This document shows positions 1 through 6,417 of a DNA stretch of 11,813 nucleotides, in pieces. Under the pieces are notes generated by a model that was not told the DNA's origin, ran no database searches, and saw only the letters and a program-made list of their open reading frames with translations. The stretch spans positions 1 to 11,813 of the forward strand of contig JBFMGU010000312.1 of the NCBI GenBank assembly GCA_040752415.1. The letters run 5' to 3'. The stretch is from Myxococcota bacterium (GTDB lineage: Bacteria; Myxococcota; JACRCW01). Within the stretch, counting starts at the first letter, position 1, and the number at the start of each line of letters is the position of its first letter. Made by a program: the position numbers and the translations under genes.

Positions 1-88
1 ATTGTGAACCTACGGGCATGGGTAGGCGAAGCGGCTTCAATTCCGTGGCGCAGCCATTCTTGTCTGCGATTCCGCGGCCAAGGGCCAT
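1..88 (-). CDS. Possible 5' end of an unidentified gene running off the left edge (MALGRGIADKNGCATELKPLRLPMPVGSQ...)
   Basis: Minus-strand ATG at 88 (in-frame GTG at 91, second ATG at 19), preceded by GGGGAAG. The frame has no stop before base 1. Only 29 codons are visible and no motif is recognisable. Confidence 0.2.
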   Translation of the reverse strand, partial: MALGRGIADKNGCATELKPLRLPMPVGSQ

Positions 89-120
89 CACTTCCCCGGC
101 CAATCGGCGCTGAACTGAAG

Positions 121-485
121 GAACCGCCGTAAGCGGTGCGTCAGAACAAGTTGGACACGTGGTCCCTGACCGCCTCCAGCGGACCACGACCTGGAGTGCG
201 GCGGGCCCTCGCCGCCCTGGCCAGCGCCGAGCGCGTTCACAGCGGGCCGAATAGCCCTGGGACTCATTGACGTCGGGCGAGGCTCTGCCTCGTGGCGCGT
301 GGAGCCTTGACGGTTGTCCAAACCGCTCGACGCTGACCAGGGCGGCGAGGGCCCGCCGCACTCCAGGTCATGGTCCGGTGGAGGCGATCAGGACCAGATG
401 GGCAACGCACCTTGACTCTGCCCCTAGGTGCTTGCCCGCCTCGCCGACATGGGCAGATCATTCTGACGCAGCCCCTTGGGGGTTC
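121..485. repeat. Outer imperfect inverted repeat (121-146 with 461-485) enclosing the long hairpin
   Basis: TGCGTCAGAA (137-146) is the exact reverse complement of TTCTGACGCA (461-470). Pairing extends imperfectly out to GAACC (121-125)/GGTTC (481-485). Confidence 0.8.
160..396. repeat. Long inverted repeat, arms 160-237 and 321-396
   Basis: Manual alignment gives 71 Watson-Crick pairs, 5 mismatches (170/387, 179/378, 187/370, 221/336, 227/330) and 2 single-base bulges. The perfect core is 33 bp (188-220/337-369) and the spacer is 83 nt. Confidence 0.97.
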
Positions 486-534
486 GCCGGCGTCCTCGAC
501 ATGGCCAGTTCATTCCGAACGCTTACCGTTAGTG

Positions 535-564
535 AAGTTAGGAGCAGCTTAGGATGCTTGTCAG
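535..564 (-). promoter_or_regulatory. Candidate sigma70-type promoter firing leftward into the structured element
   Basis: The minus strand reads CTGACA (564-559), an 18-nt spacer, then TAACTT (540-535), in a locally AT-richer patch. This predicts a start near 529-530. Confidence 0.4.
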
Positions 565-594
565 CCCGCCCACATGCACGGATGAGCTCGTTGG

Positions 595-1782
595 TCAGGC
601 GGCGGGAGCGTGTTCCGTCCAGCGGAGCCGGTGCGCGTACTGACGGGACTGGACCTGCTCGCCGAAGCGCAGGAACCACGGCAGCAGCCGGTCACGGACC
701 CACTCGCCAACGGGGCCGGACACCGCCTTGCCCGAGCCGTTGCGACGGGATTGCCGGACAATCCTCTCGACGCGTTCCTGCCGTGCGCGCTGGAAGGTCG
801 CGAACGCGCGCGCGGGATCATCGACGTCACGCAGGCACTGGGCCAGCACCAGCGCGTCCTCCATGGCCAGGGAGGCGCCCTGACCGGCACTGGGCGTGGT
901 GGCGTGCGCGGCATCCCCCAGCAGGCACACGCGGCCAACGTGCCACCGCGGCAACGAGAGGATGTCGTGCAGCGCAAAGGGCCCCAGCACCGTCGGCGTC
1001 GCGTCGATCACTTGCGCAATCCAGGCCGGGTCCTCGCGGTGCAGCTGCAGCATGCGTGCGCGCACGGCCTGCGGTTCACGCTCGATCAGCTCCGTGTTCC
1101 GCACGCCACCGTTGTGGAACCACCACACGTCTCCGGCAGGAGTCTTGAACGCACCAAAGAACGCGCGACGGCCAAACACCATCACGTTGACCCCGGGCTC
1201 GAGCGGCGCCTCCGGGCAGTGGACGAAGCCGGCGTGGTCCACCAGGCCCGAATACGTCGGTGCCGGCGCGTCGGGCATGACCAGCTGACGGGTTGCCGAG
1301 CGGATGCCGTCACAGCCGAGGAGTGCGTCGGCCACCTCCGCGCTGCCGTCGGAGAACCGGGCCGTGACCCGGTCGCCATCCTGCTCCACGCCCAAGAGAC
1401 GACGGTCGAAATGGATTCGCACGCCCTGGGACTCGGCGGCCGCGGTCAGCGCGTGGTGCAGGTCGGCCCGCCGGATCATCTGGAGGCCGGTGCCGAACCG
1501 CCTCGGGTCCTCGCGTCGGTCGATGGCGCCGATGAGCTGACCGCGAGCGTTCTGGAACTGGAAGGCGTGGCACCGGACGCTCACCGCTTCCACCGCGGCG
1601 CGCACGCCAGCCTCGTCCAGCACATTCATCCCGTTGGGGGCCACGCCCAGGAAGGCCCCGTCGTTCCCCGCCTCGCGGGAGCGCGCCTCGCAGAGCTCCA
1701 CCTGCACGCCGACGCGCCTCAAGAAGAGCCCCACCAACGGCCCCGCAATTCCACACCCGACGATGATCACCCGCTGCAACAT
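595..1782 (-). CDS. FAD-dependent monooxygenase (group A flavoprotein hydroxylase, FAD_binding_3/UbiH-like), 395 aa
   Basis: MLQRVIIVGCGIAG carries the GxGxxG Rossmann motif, followed by the CDGIRS (DG) and LLGDAAH...GQGASLAMEDA (GD) fingerprints. A GGAGG RBS at 1789-1793 lies 6 nt from ATG 1782. The longer 576-aa ORF overlaps the LysR gene and is not used. Confidence 0.93.
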   Translation of the reverse strand: MLQRVIIVGCGIAGPLVGLFLRRVGVQVELCEARSREAGNDGAFLGVAPNGMNVLDEAGVRAAVEAVSVRCHAFQFQNARGQLIGAIDRREDPRRFGTGLQMIRRADLHHALTAAAESQGVRIHFDRRLLGVEQDGDRVTARFSDGSAEVADALLGCDGIRSATRQLVMPDAPAPTYSGLVDHAGFVHCPEAPLEPGVNVMVFGRRAFFGAFKTPAGDVWWFHNGGVRNTELIEREPQAVRARMLQLHREDPAWIAQVIDATPTVLGPFALHDILSLPRWHVGRVCLLGDAAHATTPSAGQGASLAMEDALVLAQCLRDVDDPARAFATFQRARQERVERIVRQSRRNGSGKAVSGPVGEWVRDRLLPWFLRFGEQVQSRQYAHRLRWTEHAPAA

Positions 1783-1831
1783 CCCCTGCCTCCCAGGTCT
1801 CGATTCCCGGGGAGGATGGCTGCTCCGTATG

Positions 1832-1878
1832 TTCAGCACCAGTGATGAATGCTGATAGGATCCTTCACCCATGGTGAA
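1832..1878. promoter_or_regulatory. Two LysR-type T-N11-A boxes in the divergent promoter
   Basis: TTCACC-CAT-GGTGAA (1864-1878) has perfect 6-bp arms and overlaps the LysR start codon. TTCA-N7-TGAT (1832-1846) lies 32 bp away. Confidence 0.6.
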
Positions 1879-2833
1879 TCCAGCCTCCCTCGACCTCAAC
1901 CGCCTCCTTGTCCTGCACGCCGTCCTGGAGACGCGCAGCGTGACCCGCGCGGCCGCGCGGCTGCACGTCACGCCGTCGGCCGTCAGCAACACGTTGGCGC
2001 AGCTGCGGGACACGTTCGCGGACGCGCTGGTGGTGCGCAGCGGCCGCAACCTGGTGCTGACTCCCCGCGCGGCCGAGCTGGCCCCGCGCCTGGCCGAGGC
2101 GGTGGCCGCGGTCACCCGGGTGCTGGAGAGCCCGCCCGCCTTTGCACCGGAACAGAGCACCCGCACCTTCAGCCTGGCGTGCTCCGACGCGGAACAGATT
2201 GCCGAGGTGCCGCGCATTGCGGAGATGTTCGCGCGCAAGCTGCCGCGCGCCACGTTGCGGATCCTGAGCGTGGACCAACTGGAAGCGTCGGGAGGACTGG
2301 CGGCGGGCGGGGTGGACGTCGCCATTGCTCCCGCCGGACCGGGGAGCCACCCGCCGCCGCGCGGCTTCCACGTGCGCCCGCTGTACCGCGAGGAAGGCGT
2401 GCTGATGGTGCGTCGCGGTCACCCGCGGGTCCGGCGCAAGGTCACCCGCGAGCTCTTCAACTCACTGCGCCACATCGACATCCTGCTGGCGCTGGGCCGC
2501 GGTGGCATCGGGCATGGCGTCGTCGAGGAGTACCTCGCGTCCCATGGATTGCGGCGGGACATCGCCGTCACGGTGCCCACGTTCGCCGCCGCGGCGGCCA
2601 TTGCGGCGCAGACCGACTGGATTGCCGGCATGCCGCGTCGCGTGGCCACGGTGGTGGCCCGGCAGCTGCCGTTGGTGATGGTGGAGCCGCCCACCCCGGC
2701 GGTGGCGTTCCACATGCAGCTGGTCTGGCATGACCGCACCGACGCCGACGCTGGCGCACGGTTCTTCCGGACCGTGATTGTCGGCGCGGTGGCGGGACGG
2801 AACGGAGGAGCGTCAGGGCCGTCGCGACGCTGA
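1871..2833 (+). CDS. LysR-family transcriptional regulator (NodD/LeuO-like), 320 aa
   Basis: N-terminal winged HTH (LDLNRLLVLHAVLETRSVTRAAARLHVTPSAVSNTLAQLR...F.D.LVVRSGR...LTPRA) and a C-terminal substrate-binding domain ending LVWHDRTDADAGARFFR. Divergent from the monooxygenase. Confidence 0.95.
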   Translation: MVNPASLDLNRLLVLHAVLETRSVTRAAARLHVTPSAVSNTLAQLRDTFADALVVRSGRNLVLTPRAAELAPRLAEAVAAVTRVLESPPAFAPEQSTRTFSLACSDAEQIAEVPRIAEMFARKLPRATLRILSVDQLEASGGLAAGGVDVAIAPAGPGSHPPPRGFHVRPLYREEGVLMVRRGHPRVRRKVTRELFNSLRHIDILLALGRGGIGHGVVEEYLASHGLRRDIAVTVPTFAAAAAIAAQTDWIAGMPRRVATVVARQLPLVMVEPPTPAVAFHMQLVWHDRTDADAGARFFRTVIVGAVAGRNGGASGPSRR

Positions 2834-2877
2834 TTCCCCCACGTGGTGCCCAACCACCGCGCGGCCTCGACGGGCGC

Positions 2878-3615
2878 CTATTGCTGCTGCCCCCTCACGT
2901 CGATGACGAAGTACAGCTCATCCTTGTTGGCAAAGAGCCCGCCGGCGTCCAGGTACGGTTGGAACCCAAAGTCCGTGTGGGTTGCGGTGAGCCGTCCGCG
3001 CGCCGCCAGCGTGCCGTTGCTGGCAGCCACCTCCAGCGGGAGCGTGACATCCTTGCTCGCGCCGCGAATGGTGAGGCGACCGTTGACGTTGATCAGCGGG
3101 TGTCCGCCGGCGCCACGCGCTCCGGTGTCCACGCAGGAGCTGCCCGCAAACGTGATCTCCTTGTGATTCGCAGCGTCCAGTTGGTTCTTGGCCTCCATGT
3201 GGCCCTTCACCTGCTGACGTTGGTCCGCGCTCATCTTGTCGTCGTAACCCACCAGCGTGCGCATGTCGTCCTCGTCGACGGCAAGCTCGGAGACGGGCAG
3301 GGTGAGCTGCACCGAGCAGGTTGACAGGTCCGGCCAGGTGAAGGTGACGGAGCCGGTCCAGTTCTTGGCGCGGATCACATGGTCGTGACCCAGCGTGTCG
3401 TTGGCGGCAAAGACCTGGATGGCCAGGTGGCTGCGATCCGGGTCCGCCAGGAGCTGATACGTCCCCGGTGTGGGCGCGGACCCCGCCGCTCCCGTGGGGA
3501 AGTCATCCCGCAATGGAAACTTCACCCGCTGCGCGTCCTCCTCCGCCGTGGTGTCTGCACGACACCCGGTGGCCAGCAACGCGCCCAACACAGCAATGGA
3601 AACAGAAGCACGCAT
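2878..3615 (-). CDS. YceI-family lipid/polyisoprenoid-binding protein, predicted lipoprotein, 245 aa
   Basis: Signal peptide MRASVSIAVLGALLATGC ends in a lipobox. YceI-like motifs: GHDHVIRA, QLDAANHKEITF, GRLTIRGASKDVTLP, TDFGFQPY. Start placed at ATG 3615 because of the signal peptide. Confidence 0.85.
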   Translation of the reverse strand: MRASVSIAVLGALLATGCRADTTAEEDAQRVKFPLRDDFPTGAAGSAPTPGTYQLLADPDRSHLAIQVFAANDTLGHDHVIRAKNWTGSVTFTWPDLSTCSVQLTLPVSELAVDEDDMRTLVGYDDKMSADQRQQVKGHMEAKNQLDAANHKEITFAGSSCVDTGARGAGGHPLINVNGRLTIRGASKDVTLPLEVAASNGTLAARGRLTATHTDFGFQPYLDAGGLFANKDELYFVIDVRGQQQ

Positions 3616-3667
3616 GGGAAACCCGTCCCGGGCGGGTGCCCAGGCACTGGTGTGGAAGTGCCTAACA

Positions 3668-3685
3668 TTTCTTTCGGGAAAGAAA
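3668..3685. promoter_or_regulatory. Palindromic operator candidate (TetR-type)
   Basis: TTTCTTTC-GG-GAAAGAAA has perfect 8-bp arms and is AT-rich. It lies between the divergent yceI-like and tetR-like genes. Confidence 0.6.
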
Positions 3686-3779
3686 CTTAATCCTGCGTGG
3701 CCAGCTGTCAAGCGCTGGGCTGGTGAACCCGGGTTACCTGTGGGATGCCTGTGCGGAGGAACGCAGGGAGTCAGCGCGC

Positions 3780-4397
3780 ATGGGCCGACCGCGGGAAGTC
3801 ACGGACGAGCAGATCCTCAAAGCGGCGCGGAAGTGCTTCCTCCGCGATGGCGCGGGGGCTACCGCGGCCACCATCGCGGAGGAGCTGGGTGTCAGCCACA
3901 CCACCATCTTCAACCGCTTTGGCTCCAAGGAGGCCCTGATGATCGCGGCGCTGGGGCCACCGGAGCACGTGCCATGGGCGGCGCGACTGTCCGCGGGCCC
4001 GGATGCACGACCCATGCTCGAGCAGCTCACCGAGGTGGGGCGGAGCATTGCCGAGTACTTCCAGGACGTCGGCAACGCCATGTCCGTGCTGCACGCGGCA
4101 GGGATCGGACCGGAGAAGGTGCTTGCCAACCGGGACCTGCACGGCCGGCGCACGCAGGCGTTCACCGCGTTGGCCGGCTGGCTTCGCCGCGCACAGGAGC
4201 AGAGGAAGCTGGGCAACTGCGACGTGGATACCCTGGCTGCCACCATCATCAGCGTCATGCGCAACTGGACCATGACGGCACGGATGTGCGGACTCGCGGC
4301 AACCCGCAGGGCGAATGAGGACTTTGTCGAGGGATTCTTCGAGATGCTCTGGCGTGGCGTGGCGCCGCCCGGTCGCCATCCCGAGAAGGGGTCGTGA
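3780..4397 (+). CDS. TetR/AcrR-family transcriptional regulator, 205 aa
   Basis: TetR HTH: MGRPREVTDEQILKAARKCFLRDGAGATAATIAEELGVSHTTIFNRFGSKEAL. GGGAG lies upstream of ATG 3780. Confidence 0.94.
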   Translation: MGRPREVTDEQILKAARKCFLRDGAGATAATIAEELGVSHTTIFNRFGSKEALMIAALGPPEHVPWAARLSAGPDARPMLEQLTEVGRSIAEYFQDVGNAMSVLHAAGIGPEKVLANRDLHGRRTQAFTALAGWLRRAQEQRKLGNCDVDTLAATIISVMRNWTMTARMCGLAATRRANEDFVEGFFEMLWRGVAPPGRHPEKGS

Positions 4398-4452
4398 ACC
4401 GGACGGGAAGCGCCGCCATGGAGGCTCAGGCCGGGATGTTGGTCGCGGTCGC

Positions 4453-4484
4453 CCGCTTGGAGCCGTTCTACGTCCGCTTGGAGC
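4453..4484 (+). promoter_or_regulatory. Direct repeat CCGCTTGGAGC x2 with 21-bp period, candidate AraC-family binding site
   Basis: Exact 11-mers at 4453-4463 and 4474-4484, about 50 bp upstream of the DUF2306 start. Confidence 0.5.
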
Positions 4485-4533
4485 GGCGCAACCCGGGAAG
4501 GCGGCGTAATCCACGCTCGGAGGGCATGGCGTC

Positions 4534-5223
4534 ATGACTTCACACCGAGAACATGCAGCGCGCGGTTGGCTCCCCTGGGTCCTGGTCCTCATCAGCGTCA
4601 TCCCGGTGGCGGCGGGGGTCTTTCGGGTTTCCCAGCTGATTGCCGGTGCGGACATCACGCCGGAGAACGCGCGCTTCTTCGCCGCGCCGGTTCCGGTGGT
4701 GCTGCACGTCGTCAGCGCGGTGGTGCTCTGCCTGGTGGGAGCGTTCCAGTTCGCTCCGGGCTTTCGGCGACGACGGCTCGCGTGGCATCGAAAAGCGGGA
4801 CGGGTGCTCACCGTCTGCGGTCTTGCCGCGGGAGGCACCGGCCTGTGGATGACCGTGTTCTATCCCCACGTTCCGGGCGACAGCGAAGCACTCCATGGCA
4901 TGCGGTTGCTCTTTGGGTCGGCGATGGTCGCGAGCTTTGCGTTGGGGTTCATGGCCATTCGAGAGGGCGATATCGCGCGGCACGGCGCGTGGATGACTCG
5001 CGGCTACGCCATTGGCATGGGTGCGGGCACGCAGGCCCTGGTTCACCTGCCGTGGCTCCTGGTTTCCGGCATGCCGGATGAGCTGGGCAGGACCCTCTTG
5101 ATGGGAGCGGGCTGGCTCATCAATCTTGCCGTGGCGGAGTGGAGCATCCGCACGCGTCCGTCGTCACCCCTTTCCTACCGGCAGCCACCGGTTGCCACGC
5201 CAGATCCGGTTAGCTCTGTTTAG
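4534..5223 (+). CDS. DUF2306-family predicted integral membrane protein, 229 aa
   Basis: Several hydrophobic helices, with LHVVSA...GAFQF...RRRRLAWHRKAGR and AIREGDIARHGAWMTRGYAIGMGAGTQ typical of DUF2306. GGAGG RBS at 4519-4523. Confidence 0.85.
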   Translation: MTSHREHAARGWLPWVLVLISVIPVAAGVFRVSQLIAGADITPENARFFAAPVPVVLHVVSAVVLCLVGAFQFAPGFRRRRLAWHRKAGRVLTVCGLAAGGTGLWMTVFYPHVPGDSEALHGMRLLFGSAMVASFALGFMAIREGDIARHGAWMTRGYAIGMGAGTQALVHLPWLLVSGMPDELGRTLLMGAGWLINLAVAEWSIRTRPSSPLSYRQPPVATPDPVSSV

Positions 5224-6206
5224 GGTCGGACGTCGGAAGGGCTCATTCCAAACTCTCGCCGGAATGCCGCGGCGAACTTGCTGGGATTCGCGTATCCCAC
5301 GCGCAGCGCCACCTCCGTGACGTTGAGGTGACGCTTCAGCAGCAGGCGCCTGGCCTCCTCCATCCGCGCGTGGCGCAGGTAGGCAAACACCGAGGTGCCA
5401 AACAGCGCACTGAAGCCACCCTTCAACTTGGTCTCGCTGAATCCCGCCGACCGGGCCAGCTCCCTCAGGGTGGGCGGCTCCTCCAGGTGCTCCACCAGGC
5501 AGCGGCGGACCCGTTCCAGGCGTTCCACGTCGTGGGGCGAGAGGTTGGGTCTCGCGGCCCGCTCCTCGTCCTGCAGCTCGTCGGTCATGAGGGAGATGAG
5601 CTCCAGGGCCTTGGCCTCATGCCAGAGCTGCCGCGACGCACCTTGCACGTCCGCGTGCAGGATCTCATCCAGCAGGCGGAACAGGCGCGGTGTCATGGCC
5701 TGGGAAAGCAGCGGGAACGGCTTGCTGCTCTCCGTCACGGTCCGCAGCGCGGCGGGCAGCACCGGGACCCCCAGCAGCTCGCACAGTTGCCGCTCGCTCA
5801 TGGAAACGCCGACACACTCCGTCCGCGTCTCACTCCCGGGGGTGATGCGCAGGGGCAGGGGTTGCCGCGTTCGCCCCAATTGAAGCGTGTTGCCCCCGCG
5901 GTGGAGCTCCTGCCCGTCGTCCGTCCGCGCCAGGATCACGCCTCCCTTGGACACCACGAACTCGAGGTCCGCGGTGGGTTGAACCACGGAAAAGGCGAAG
6001 TGTGGCGCGTATTGGCACATGGTGACGTCGAGACGGAGGCCTGACCGCAGGGTGTGGGCGTTGAGTTGGCACCACGAATCCCCGACGCGGAAGGAAACCC
6101 GCCGCTCCGACGTTCCGAGGGACTCGACGACAAAGGGCGGAGGCGCGCCACCCTGGGCCGTCAGCGCTTGGTCCCCTTTGCTTTGCGCCATCCGAGACCA
6201 GCTCAT
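5220..6206 (-). CDS. AraC/XylS-family transcriptional regulator (PchR/YbtA-like C-terminus), 328 aa
   Basis: Double HTH: EEPPTLRELARSAGFSETKLKGGFSALFGTSVFAYLRHARMEEARRLL...NVTEVALRVGYANPSKFAAAFRREFGMSPS. Alternative start at 6191. Its stop overlaps the DUF2306 stop (TTAG, 5220-5223). Confidence 0.93.
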   Translation of the reverse strand: MSWSRMAQSKGDQALTAQGGAPPPFVVESLGTSERRVSFRVGDSWCQLNAHTLRSGLRLDVTMCQYAPHFAFSVVQPTADLEFVVSKGGVILARTDDGQELHRGGNTLQLGRTRQPLPLRITPGSETRTECVGVSMSERQLCELLGVPVLPAALRTVTESSKPFPLLSQAMTPRLFRLLDEILHADVQGASRQLWHEAKALELISLMTDELQDEERAARPNLSPHDVERLERVRRCLVEHLEEPPTLRELARSAGFSETKLKGGFSALFGTSVFAYLRHARMEEARRLLLKRHLNVTEVALRVGYANPSKFAAAFRREFGMSPSDVRP

Positions 6207-6417
6207 TCCGCCCCGATGACTCCGGGTGGGGCGCGGAGCAGTCTACGAGTGGGTCCAAGGCGGTGCAAACCCCACCGCGTGCGCGGGCCTGGACGACGAG
6301 GCGCCAGCGGCAGGAGGGACCCGAAATGTGACGAAGCGGCACGCACAAGCCCGAGGTGGCGGTGAGCACGTCGCGCGGAGTAGGGTCGTCCGCGAGGCGG
6401 GGGAGGGAGCAAAGCGC

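Larger units (their letters stand above)
104..530 (-). ncRNA. Putative large structured non-coding RNA with retron msr-msd-like architecture
   Basis: Nested stems: 111-117/506-512, 121-146/461-485 and 160-237/321-396, plus small hairpins 433-437/451-455 and 407-412/426-431. Stem mismatches are mostly C.A on the plus strand, i.e. G-U on the minus strand. A minus-strand promoter candidate lies at 535-564. The region has no credible ORF. Boundaries and identity are inferred. Confidence 0.5.

Noticed and set aside
160..396. CRISPR array, intrinsic terminator or complete IS as explanations of the inverted repeat
   Set aside because: There are no direct repeats with spacers, the stem is far too long and lacks a U-tract, and I see no transposase or clear target-site duplication. 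A non-autonomous MITE is not fully excluded.
88..552. Short ORFs over the inverted-repeat region (88-321, 264-461, 370-552, and the start of 267-1148)
   Set aside because: They have no motifs, show R/P/G-rich composition and overlap one another. The inverted-repeat structure explains the region better.
1783..2325. N-terminal extension of the monooxygenase ORF to 576 aa
   Set aside because: It overlaps the LysR gene antisense. The Rossmann motif and RBS place the start at 1782.
2843..2857. GTGGT-N5-ACCAC hairpin between the convergent lysR-like and yceI-like genes
   Set aside because: Only 5 bp with no U-tract on either strand, too weak to call a terminator.
4526..4537. Mini-ORF ATG-GCG-TCA-TGA overlapping the DUF2306 start
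   Set aside because: Its ATG is only 2 nt from the GGAGG, too close for initiation, so it is probably chance.
6324..6350. CRP-like TGTGA and sigma54-like GGCAC...GC upstream of the cytochrome gene
   Set aside because: The second CRP half-site is missing, and the GG-GC spacing is 9 nt instead of the required 10.
6226..6417. Upstream extension of the large ORF to 1316 aa
   Set aside because: The signal peptide and RBS support ATG 6418, and the extension would fill the divergent promoter region.
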